From a virus (Duplodnaviria > Caudoviricetes): a stretch of DNA of 64,000 nucleotides. The position numbers and the translations under genes were made by a program. Below, piece by piece: positions 50,143 through 57,155 of this stretch (within the stretch, counting starts at the first letter, position 1; every line of letters starts with the position of its first letter). The stretch is from positions 64,001 to 128,000 of the IMG/VR virus record IMGVR_UViG_3300031992_000021; one strand, 5' to 3'. The notes under the pieces were generated by a model that worked only from the letters and a program-made list of their open reading frames with translations, ran no database searches and had not been told where the DNA came from.

Positions 50143-50814
50143 CTACTTCGTAGTGCACCTCGGGTTCGAGTAGTCGCTGTCGTAGATCACCTCGAAGTCT
50201 TCGCTGTCGAAGAACGACTGGGCAAGGTACTTCTTGCTCTTGATCTTGATCATCCCGTTCCAGAGGGATGCAGTCTCAAGAGGAATGTCGAGATCCGGGT
50301 AGCACTTGCGGACAAGCTCATGGCAGTAGACCGGCTCCGAATGCTTTGCCGACGTCTCCTCCACCTCGAAATCGTAGTCGTACTTGTTTCCGAGATACGC
50401 ATGGGCTATCGACGAGGCCTTCCTCGTAAGAGCGTCCATGTCCCTTCCGTCCTTCTCCACGGGACGCAGGATGGCGAACCCGTCGCACCTCAGGAAGTCG
50501 AGAATGTCGATCTTCTGGACTCCTCCGCTCATGGCGTGGATGATGATTCCGCATCCGATGTATATCCCGGAATGCGAAAACCTTCCAGGAATGAAGTAGC
50601 CGTCAAGGTAGTTGCGGTATCGCCTCACGAACACGTCGCCTCTCTTGGCGAAACTCATGGCCTTCCTTATGCTTGAGGCCTTGACGTCATACCCATGTGG
50701 GTCGTATACGATGAACATCGGCCAACGATACACCTTGATCTTGCCAAAAACGTTAAGGAAGGCTATCCTTAGGCTCTTGACAAGTCCAAAAAAGATATTT
50801 GACAAAACGTTCAT
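50143..50814 (-). CDS. Permuted papain-like NlpC/P60 (YiiX/YaeF) amidase
   Basis: GDVFV..PGRFSHSGIYIG..IIHA..YDYDF..VYCHELV (His before Cys). Confidence 0.8.
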   Translation of the reverse strand: MNVLSNIFFGLVKSLRIAFLNVFGKIKVYRWPMFIVYDPHGYDVKASSIRKAMSFAKRGDVFVRRYRNYLDGYFIPGRFSHSGIYIGCGIIIHAMSGGVQKIDILDFLRCDGFAILRPVEKDGRDMDALTRKASSIAHAYLGNKYDYDFEVEETSAKHSEPVYCHELVRKCYPDLDIPLETASLWNGMIKIKSKKYLAQSFFDSEDFEVIYDSDYSNPRCTTK

Positions 50815-50821
50815 GCATAAA

Positions 50822-50830
50822 ATTATACCA
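50822..50830 (-). promoter_or_regulatory. Extended -10 promoter TGGTATAAT
   Basis: Exact motif ending 7 nt upstream of the ATG at 50814. Confidence 0.65.
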
Positions 50831-50866
50831 AATTGGGTGCCATGGAAGAAGACTTCTGGTGAAAAA

Positions 50867-50941
50867 TGGATGAGGAGGTGTGAGTCGAACACACATGGGG
50901 CGATTCAAAGCCGCCCGTACTTTCCGTTGTACTACTCCTCA
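50867..50941 (-). tRNA. tRNA-Gln(TTG)
   Basis: Cloverleaf, loop CTTTGAA, encoded CCA. Confidence 0.85.
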
Positions 50942-50945
50942 ATGA

Positions 50946-51019
50946 TGGTCGGAGATGAGTGAGTCGAACACTCGCCTTCTGGGCCCAAGCCAGGCGTGCT
51001 GCCGTTATACCAATCTCCG
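50946..51019 (-). tRNA. tRNA-Pro(TGG)
   Basis: CGGAGAT acceptor, loop CTTGGGC, CCA. Confidence 0.85.
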
Positions 51020-51020
51020 A

Positions 51021-51096
51021 TGGAGCTGAGTAATGGAGTCGAACCATCAACCTGCTGCTTACAAGGCAGCCGCACTGCCTATTGTGCTAACTCAGC
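51021..51096 (-). tRNA. tRNA-Thr(TGT)
   Basis: Loop CTTGTAA, CCA. Confidence 0.9.
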
Positions 51097-51097
51097 A

Positions 51098-51173
51098 TGG
51101 TACTCCGAGAGGGGATCGAACCCTCAACCCGCAGATTAAGAATCTGCTGCTCTACCAGTTGAGCTACCGGAGC
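51098..51173 (-). tRNA. tRNA-Lys(CTT)
   Basis: Loop TTCTTAA, CCA. Confidence 0.9.
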
Positions 51174-51180
51174 ACTTAAA

Positions 51181-51256
<76 letters not shown>

Positions 51257-51258
51257 AA

Positions 51259-51337
51259 TGGTTGCGGAGGCAGGGATTCGGACCCGCGTGGACCTGCTTA
51301 TGAGACAGGCGCTGGAACCACTCCAGTCCACTCCGCA
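51259..51337 (-). tRNA. tRNA-Met(CAT)
   Basis: Loop CTCATAA, CCGCAACCA end; initiator versus elongator unclear. Confidence 0.8.
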
Positions 51338-51362
51338 ATGACTTGACTAAGTATACCATAAA

Positions 51363-51437
51363 TGGCTGGGGAAGTGTGAATCGAACACACATACTCCGGG
51401 TCAGAGCCGGATGCACTTGCCGTTGTGCTATTCCCCA
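51363..51437 (-). tRNA. tRNA-Gln(CTG)
   Basis: U1-A72, G73, loop CTCTGAC. Confidence 0.9.
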
Positions 51438-51438
51438 A

Positions 51439-51513
51439 TGGAGCATCCAGCGGGAATCGAACCCGCATCATCTGCTTGGAAGGCAGAGACCCTGGCCATT
51501 GGATGATGGATGC
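51439..51513 (-). tRNA. tRNA-Gly(TCC)
   Basis: Loop CTTCCAA, U73. Confidence 0.9.
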
Positions 51514-51526
51514 ACAAATGCTAAAA

Positions 51527-51603
51527 TGGTTGTCGCGGCAGGACTCGGACCTGCGTATGCCGGTGTATCAGACCGGTGCGTTAACCAACTTCGCCACGCG
51601 ACA
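51527..51603 (-). tRNA. tRNA-Ile(GAT)
   Basis: Loop CTGATAC, CCA. Confidence 0.85.
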
Positions 51604-51609
51604 ATTGAA

Positions 51610-51686
51610 TGGAGATCGAGGTGGGAATCGAACCCACATTTTCGGTTTTGCAGACCGCCGCCCATTCCAATATTGACAACTCGACC
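51610..51686 (-). tRNA. tRNA-Cys(GCA)
   Basis: Loop CTGCAAA, U73. Confidence 0.85.
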
Positions 51687-51698
51687 TATAATTACAGA

Positions 51699-51780
51699 TG
51701 GTGCGCGATGAGGGACTTGAACCCCCACGCCGAAGCGTCTGGACCTAAACCAGATGTGTCTGCCGTTTCACCAATCGCGC
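51699..51780 (-). tRNA. tRNA-Leu(TAG)
   Basis: Loop TTTAGGT, variable arm. Confidence 0.9.
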
Positions 51781-51787
51781 ATTTCAA

Positions 51788-51861
51788 TGGCAGGAGTTCC
51801 TTGAGTCGAACAAGGCTCATCGCTTTTGGAGAGCGAGGCACGGCCGATATACCAAACTCCT
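51788..51861 (-). tRNA. tRNA-Trp(CCA)
   Basis: AGG start, loop CTCCAAA, G73. Confidence 0.85.
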
Positions 51862-51862
51862 A

Positions 51863-51940
51863 TGGTGGGCGATACAGGAGTCGAACCTGTAGAGACCTGC
51901 TGTCTGAGAGCAGTATGACTGCCAGTTGCATCAATCGCCC
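51863..51940 (-). tRNA. tRNA-Leu(CAG), short variable region
   Basis: Loop CTCAGAC, 6-nt variable region. Confidence 0.8.
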
Positions 51941-51946
51941 GTCAAA

Positions 51947-52029
51947 TGGTCGCCACAGAGGGACTCGAACCCCCATGCACAAGGCCGGCGGGTTTGAGCC
52001 GCCTACGTCTGCCGTTCCGTCATGTGGCG
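51947..52029 (-). tRNA. tRNA-Leu(CAA)
   Basis: Loop CTCAAAC, variable arm. Confidence 0.85.
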
Positions 52030-52030
52030 T

Positions 52031-52114
52031 TGGTGCCGAGTGAGGGACTCCAACCCCCAAGCGCTAGGCGTCGAGGCTTAAACTCGATGTGTATGGCAGT
52101 TTCACCAACTCGGC
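52031..52114 (-). tRNA. tRNA-Leu(TAA)
   Basis: Loop TTTAAGC, variable arm. Confidence 0.85.
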
Positions 52115-52118
52115 AAAA

Positions 52119-52193
52119 TGGCGGGGTATAGCGGAGTCGAACCGCTCCAAGGAGATCGACAATCTCCCGTACTAACCGATATACGAATACCCC
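52119..52193 (-). tRNA. tRNA-Asp(GTC)
   Basis: Loop TTGTCGA, G73. Confidence 0.85.
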
Positions 52194-52201
52194 AATGAAT
52201 A

Positions 52202-52296
52202 TGGCGGAGAAGCCGCGACTCGAACGCGGACGTGACCTTGCGACCACTACTGGCTGTTTAGCAAACAGCTGCCTTGCCAATTAGGCTTACTTCTCC
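52202..52296 (-). tRNA. tRNA-Ser(GCT)
   Basis: Loop TTGCTAA, long variable arm, G73. Confidence 0.9.
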
Positions 52297-52297
52297 A

Positions 52298-52390
52298 TGG
52301 CGGCAGGAGGGGATCTCGAAACCCCACAGGGCTCATCACCCTTACTCGCGGTGTTCAGGGCCGCTACCTTGCCTTTAGGTTTATCCTGCC
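52298..52390 (-). tRNA. tRNA-Ser(TGA), atypical C33
   Basis: Loop CCTGAAC, long variable arm, G73. Confidence 0.75.
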
Positions 52391-52394
52391 AGAA

Positions 52395-52488
52395 TGGCGG
52401 AGGTGGAGGATCACGATACCCCACACGGCCTTGCGACCGCTACTGGACGGCTTCCGACCGTCTGCCTTGCCTTTAGGCTTACACCTCC
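52395..52488 (-). tRNA. tRNA-Ser(GGA), atypical C33 and T-arm
   Basis: Loop TCGGAAG, long variable arm, T-loop ATCGTGA. Confidence 0.75.
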
Positions 52489-52492
52489 AAAA

Positions 52493-52586
52493 TGGCGGAG
52501 AGGGGGAGTCTTGAAATCCCACGGGGCCTTGCGACCCGTACTGGATGCTTTCGAGGCATCTTCCTTGCCTTTAGGATTACCTCTCC
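52493..52586 (-). tRNA. tRNA-Ser(CGA)
   Basis: Loop CTCGAAA, long variable arm. Confidence 0.85.
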
Positions 52587-52590
52587 AAAA

Positions 52591-52674
52591 TGGTGGGACT
52601 GAGAGGACTCGAACCTCCACGCCGAAGCACTACCACCTCAAGGTAGCGTGTACTGCCAATTTCACCACAGTCCC
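52591..52674 (-). tRNA. tRNA-Leu(GAG)
   Basis: Loop TTGAGGT, variable arm. Confidence 0.9.
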
Positions 52675-52687
52675 GTTAAATCGAATA

Positions 52688-52764
52688 TGGCAGCTCCTGG
52701 GGGACTCGAACCCCGCATTTCCTGGCTGAGAACCAGGCGTACTGACCGATTATACGAAGGAGCC
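52688..52764 (-). tRNA. tRNA-Glu(CTC)
   Basis: Loop TTCTCAG, G73. Confidence 0.85.
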
Positions 52765-52767
52765 ACT

Positions 52768-52845
52768 TGGTAGCGGCAGCGGGGATCGAACCCGCAGATT
52801 CCTCCTTGAAAGGGAGGTGGCTCTAACCGGTTTGCCTATGCCGCC
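52768..52845 (-). tRNA. tRNA-Glu(TTC)
   Basis: Loop CTTTCAA, CCA. Confidence 0.85.
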
Positions 52846-52853
52846 ACTTAAAA

Positions 52854-52939
52854 TGGTCGTGCGTCAGGGTATCGAACCCCGCCTCCCCTAGGGGCCCAGA
52901 TTTACAGTCTGGTGGCCGTCCTTAGACCTATACCGCACG
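52854..52939 (-). tRNA. tRNA-Tyr(GTA)
   Basis: Loop CTGTAAA, variable arm, C1-G72. Confidence 0.85.
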
Positions 52940-52940
52940 T

Positions 52941-53015
52941 TGGCTCTAGGGGCCGGAGTCGAACCGGCAACCACCGCATTAACAGTGCGGCGCACTACCA
53001 TTGTGCTACCCTAGA
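52941..53015 (-). tRNA. tRNA-Asn(GTT)
   Basis: U1-A72, loop CTGTTAA, G73. Confidence 0.9.
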
Positions 53016-53033
53016 ATCGAAATCTTCTTCCAG

Positions 53034-53045
53034 TTGTCAAAGAGC
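53034..53045 (-). promoter_or_regulatory. boxA-like antitermination element GCTCTTTGACAA
   Basis: Resembles rRNA-operon boxA (GCTCTTTAACA); 18 nt upstream of the first tRNA. Confidence 0.6.
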
Positions 53046-53069
53046 GAAGTGGTTCTTTTGCATGTGCCA

Positions 53070-53112
53070 CAAAAACATTCAGGCGACCCTGCTTTTTCTC
53101 GCGGGGCCGCCT
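53070..53112 (-). terminator. Terminator hairpin in the tRNA-array leader (candidate attenuator)
   Basis: AGGCGGCCC...GGGTCGCCT stem followed by GAATGTTTTTG. Confidence 0.6.
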
Positions 53113-53142
53113 TCCTTCTCTTCCTGTCAGATCGATTATGCT

Positions 53143-53283
53143 TCAGCAATCCAAGCCTGACACCGGCAGCCCCGCTTTCTGGCTAATATCTTCACAATAG
53201 CCAGATCCAAGCCACTCGTTTGAGAGCGACTTGGCTTGCAACAGATTCTGCTGCTTTGCGACTATGGATGTGCTAACGAACAT
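53143..53283 (-). CDS. Putative 46-aa leader peptide MFVSTSIVAKQQNLLQAKSLSNEWLGSGYCEDISQKAGLPVSGLDC
   Basis: ATG about 18 nt after the predicted TSS with a weak GTGAG RBS; below the ORF-track size cutoff; lies between promoter and terminator. Confidence 0.5.
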   Translation of the reverse strand: MFVSTSIVAKQQNLLQAKSLSNEWLGSGYCEDISQKAGLPVSGLDC

Positions 53284-53306
53284 TTCTTATCTCACTGACA
53301 CCGCAT

Positions 53307-53336
53307 AGTATATCAAAAACCGGATGTGCGTGTCAA
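53307..53336 (-). promoter_or_regulatory. Sigma70-type promoter of the tRNA array
   Basis: TTGACA-18-TATACT with TGn extension. Confidence 0.8.
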
Positions 53337-53361
53337 TGGCCATGATCGGAGTATAGTCCTT

Positions 53362-53592
53362 TCAGAAGAATACAAGGTAAAAAGGCCACAGAAGGATGAA
53401 CTTGAGCTTCTCCCTAAAGCCCATCGGAGGCAGCGAAACGCCGTGAACCCGAGCCCTTCTCCTGCACTCGATGTCATGCGCTTCGCAGACGATCCACATA
53501 AGGGAAGCGCCTGCGAGGTATATGAACATGAGGAATATGGCAATGTTTTTCACGGAAAATATTATATCAGATTGGAAGGCAAAATCACACAT
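53362..53592 (-). CDS. Small membrane protein (start MCDFAFQ)
   Basis: Two hydrophobic segments, LWP motif. Confidence 0.45.
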   Translation of the reverse strand: MCDFAFQSDIIFSVKNIAIFLMFIYLAGASLMWIVCEAHDIECRRRARVHGVSLPPMGFREKLKFILLWPFYLVFF

Positions 53593-53593
53593 G

Positions 53594-53845
53594 TCACTCC
53601 AGTTTGATGTATTTATACGGTATTTTCCCCCATACGCAGATCTCGTCAAGCTCTGGCTGCCAAGTTGTTATCCTGACGTCCTGGTAATCCCTTCTAAATG
53701 CGTCTATGTCCACCGATACGAGCGCAAGATCCCTCCACCAGCTGTACCTTCCCTCGCTAAGGCACACGAAGTTGTACCTTGGAACAAGCCCATTCTCCAT
53801 TATCGACGCAAGGTTCTCTCGAGGAGTCCTATGGTATAGAGTCAC
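53594..53845 (-). CDS. Small ADP-ribosyltransferase-fold protein (KptA/Tpt1 C-domain or DUF952-like)
   Basis: LYHRT..ENLASIMENGLVP...VCLS...E matches LYHGT...I...GL.P...V.LS. Confidence 0.55.
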   Translation of the reverse strand: MTLYHRTPRENLASIMENGLVPRYNFVCLSEGRYSWWRDLALVSVDIDAFRRDYQDVRITTWQPELDEICVWGKIPYKYIKLE

Positions 53846-55600
53846 TTAGACCTCCTTTGGATCGAGCCTGTCGTCGATCGGCGCCTCGTCGTTGGTAAGG
53901 CCTCCGCCGAACGCGCTCTCGGGAATCATGTCGTCCACGGACAGACCGAGAAGCTTCATGGCCACCATGCTCGCAAAGCAGAGCGCATGGCAGAAGTCGT
54001 CCGGATGCGACGCGTTCCTCAGATACAGCCTGTGCGTCATGCCGCCGACCTCGGTCGTTGTCTCGTAGGGCGACAGCAGGTCGTCGGTGTAGATGTCGAA
54101 CCCGTCCTTCGGGAAGAAGATCCTTCCGTTCCTGATAGCTAAAAAAAGGGTGTCCAACGCCATGACCTTGTCGATGGTCCAGCACTGCACGACGTTCGTC
54201 CTGCCTCTGGACTGGTTCTTTCCGAAGAGCTTCAGCTGCCTAGTGTACTGCATCTGTACGATCGGGAGCCCGAACCGCTTTGCCAGTATCTGGTTCTTGT
54301 CGAGACCCATGCCGGCGTCGGCAGCAACGGCGACGACGTTGTAGAACCGGCATATCTTGGCGATGTCGGTCATCTGCTCGTCCGGATCGTACCCGCGGTA
54401 TCTCCTGGCCCACAGCGTGTCTATGCGGCCGTTCGGACGTATTCCTATGACAGTTATGACCGTGAACGAGCTAAGTTCTGCCCCACCCCAGTCGATGCCG
54501 GCAACGATGAAGCTGTAGCGTCCGGGATTGGTCTTGACCTCCTCCTGAAGGCGCTTGGTAGACGGAAGCACGCTCTGCTGCTTGATGTGGTGCCTCGTGA
54601 GCAGCCTCTGACCGACTGAGTAGGATATTCCGAGGTTTTCCTGGATGAACGTGGCGAGAGTCCCTGTCGTGAGCTTCCTGAGGAGCTTCTGCCAGTTGTT
54701 CATGTCGTCCACGATCGCAGGACAGACAACCTGGGGGATGTGGTATCCCCTGAAGCTGTACATCCTGTCCTCGTAGCCTCCTACCCACTGCCCGTTCCTG
54801 ACGTTTATGCGCTTTCCGCAGTGAAGGCAGTGGAGACCGTCGGCGCCGATCATCTTGAGGACGCCTCCGTCGAGGTTCGGTATGGCCCACGTTCCGCACC
54901 CCTCGCACTTCATGACCCACTCGCACATTGAGCTCTTCTGCCACAGGGTCTCGATGTAGTTTTCGGTAACTTTGGCCGTTCCGGTGAACCTGCGGCATCC
55001 GTACTTGGACGATGTGAGCGATTCGGAGATGATGGGGACCGTCTCGTCCGTCTGGTCCTGGATCTCGTCGAAGTCGATCATGTCCGCCATGATACCGCGG
55101 GCGCGGTCGGCCGAAGTCTTGGCGTAGGTGAGCTGTATGCCGGCGCCGTTTGCGAACGTCTGGTGCCCAGTGGCACTTATGATCTTCGCATCGGACAGGA
55201 CGCCGGCCATGCTCTTGGACTGGAGCTTCTGCGCCAAGGGGCAAGACCGAATGGCCTCAGTCAGGTAAAGGTCGCTGTAGCGGCGCGTCTGTTCCTGCAG
55301 CGGAGCTACGTACAGCAGCTGGAACTGCGGGATGCAGAGCGGTATGAACACCTCGCTCCTCGACAGGGTCATCGACTTGCCAAGCTGACGGCCAGACATT
55401 ATGATGAGGTCGGGATAGAGCTTCTTCTCGAAAAGTACGTCGAACTGCGGCCTGTCCTTCAGGCTGAAAGGCTCACCCTTCACCCTGAACAGGTGCGGCA
55501 GGAGCGCGGCGTTGTTCGTGGCGTTTATCTGGGCCGCTATCTCGCTGTTCTTGACGAGCGACGGAACCTTCTTGATGATCTCTCGGTCTATCGACGCCAT
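53846..55600 (-). CDS. terL: Terminase large subunit
   Basis: Walker A SGRQLGKS, Walker B IDFDEIQD, FTGT motif, CxxC/CxxC zinc site, nuclease GIDWG and DDFCHA. Confidence 0.92.
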   Translation of the reverse strand: MASIDREIIKKVPSLVKNSEIAAQINATNNAALLPHLFRVKGEPFSLKDRPQFDVLFEKKLYPDLIIMSGRQLGKSMTLSRSEVFIPLCIPQFQLLYVAPLQEQTRRYSDLYLTEAIRSCPLAQKLQSKSMAGVLSDAKIISATGHQTFANGAGIQLTYAKTSADRARGIMADMIDFDEIQDQTDETVPIISESLTSSKYGCRRFTGTAKVTENYIETLWQKSSMCEWVMKCEGCGTWAIPNLDGGVLKMIGADGLHCLHCGKRINVRNGQWVGGYEDRMYSFRGYHIPQVVCPAIVDDMNNWQKLLRKLTTGTLATFIQENLGISYSVGQRLLTRHHIKQQSVLPSTKRLQEEVKTNPGRYSFIVAGIDWGGAELSSFTVITVIGIRPNGRIDTLWARRYRGYDPDEQMTDIAKICRFYNVVAVAADAGMGLDKNQILAKRFGLPIVQMQYTRQLKLFGKNQSRGRTNVVQCWTIDKVMALDTLFLAIRNGRIFFPKDGFDIYTDDLLSPYETTTEVGGMTHRLYLRNASHPDDFCHALCFASMVAMKLLGLSVDDMIPESAFGGGLTNDEAPIDDRLDPKEV

Positions 55601-55602
55601 GG

Positions 55603-56817
55603 CTACCTCTCAATCGCATCCGCTATCTGAGCGTCGATGATCTCGGTCGCCACCTGCTTTCCGGCGTCCTGTATGTGCGTCTTGTCGATTGCCTGCTGGC
55701 TCTCGATGCGTGACTGGATATCGTTGTCGGTGATCATGCCTGCCCCGCCGACCACGAGTTCGCGCATCTTCGGAGCGGCCACTCCGAGGAGCGCCAGGAA
55801 CGCCTCCGCCATCTCTCCGCCCTCTCCGCCGTCCTTGCGGTCGTCGGAGATGTACTTCATGTGAGCGGAGTAGGCGGCGAGAACCCTTGCCACGTCCTCG
55901 TGGGCTATGGTGCCTGTGAACAGATCGGAAAGGAGCCTGGAGATCGAGGACTTCCACGAAATCTCCATCATGTGCATGAGGCTCGTGTCCTTCAGTCCAT
56001 GAGCCGTCCTCTCCCATCTCCACAGGTAGATAAGGGCCTCGTACCCCATCGTGGCGCCAACCGCCTTCCACACGTCGCTGTCCTTCGCGATAGGACGCCC
56101 GTCCTGTACGCAGAATCCGTCGCGGTCGATTTCCTCCCACTTCCTGAGAAAAGCCTTGAGCGGACCCCACGGCATCGCCATCTTCATCCTGAGCTGAGTA
56201 GACGGATGCGGCTCGAAGTTATCGTCCCGGCAGTTGAAGTACAGCCTCTCGTACGCCTCTATCGCCGGCTGCGAACTGGGCAAGCCGATGAGGTCCATGG
56301 TTATCACGTCAATGCCGATCTCCGTCAGCAGAAGCGCCTCAATGCGCTTTTTCATCGCCGACTCGCTGTCGACCTCCTCATACCATCTCTGGGCAAGCTT
56401 CAATGGGACTTTTTCGTCCGTGGTCGGCACTCCGTCCGCATTGTCGTTCATGAACATCAGCTTCTTCATTATCCATTCGTCAAGAGCAAACGCCCTGTAT
56501 TCTGGATGGGTGTCGAACGGGTGAAGCGGAGTGTGTATCTTTTCTGTTACAGTAACAGTCTTTTTATGAGAGTTTTTCTTCTTCTTTGCCGGTTTCTTGG
56601 ATTTAGACGACTTTGAGCCCTTCTCGTTAACAGATACCTCACGCGTTACAGTACGCGTTACTGTAACGCATCCGGTCTTCGCCAGGTATGAAAGACCGTC
56701 CTTGTTCCACCTTCCGTTTGCGAATAGATATTGGGCCAAAATCGACCTCCACGCAGGATTGTACTGGCAGGGGTCGTCAACTGGCGTTACGATATCTCCG
56801 TATTCGAGAAGGTCCAC
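55603..56817 (-). CDS. Hypothetical protein upstream of terL (possible small terminase)
   Basis: 404 aa, adjacent to terL; function from position only. Confidence 0.5.
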   Translation of the reverse strand: MDLLEYGDIVTPVDDPCQYNPAWRSILAQYLFANGRWNKDGLSYLAKTGCVTVTRTVTREVSVNEKGSKSSKSKKPAKKKKNSHKKTVTVTEKIHTPLHPFDTHPEYRAFALDEWIMKKLMFMNDNADGVPTTDEKVPLKLAQRWYEEVDSESAMKKRIEALLLTEIGIDVITMDLIGLPSSQPAIEAYERLYFNCRDDNFEPHPSTQLRMKMAMPWGPLKAFLRKWEEIDRDGFCVQDGRPIAKDSDVWKAVGATMGYEALIYLWRWERTAHGLKDTSLMHMMEISWKSSISRLLSDLFTGTIAHEDVARVLAAYSAHMKYISDDRKDGGEGGEMAEAFLALLGVAAPKMRELVVGGAGMITDNDIQSRIESQQAIDKTHIQDAGKQVATEIIDAQIADAIER

Positions 56818-56825
56818 GATCCGTC

Positions 56826-57155
56826 CTAAGATATTTCGGGGCTCCCGTACATTTCAAACATCTGAGGCCAATCTTCGTCACCCCTGCAGGAGAAACCCCA
56901 CTGGTCGGGTTTCATCCTTATCAGCAGTGCGACCACCTCTCCGTTCGAGTCCCTCCACTGAATGGCGCCTACTCCGTTGGACCTGAAAAGTACGTCTTTC
57001 CTGTCAAAACCCATCACCGTCACAAGGTTGGACGGATCCGGAGCGGCCTCGTGAACATCCGCCCCTTTGTCGGGCACGGCATTAGGGACGGACACAGAAA
57101 CGCCAGTCCCGTCCTTGCGGACTCTCACATCCCTCTCTACCGGCATCAAGCTCAC
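56826..57155 (-). CDS. Hypothetical protein
   Basis: 109 aa, GTGA overlap with the metacaspase gene. Confidence 0.5.
   Translation of the reverse strand: MSLMPVERDVRVRKDGTGVSVSVPNAVPDKGADVHEAAPDPSNLVTVMGFDRKDVLFRSNGVGAIQWRDSNGEVVALLIRMKPDQWGFSCRGDEDWPQMFEMYGSPEIS

Noticed and set aside
52298-52390. Selenocysteine tRNA
   Set aside because: The anticodon is TGA (Ser), not TCA, and the acceptor stem is 7 bp
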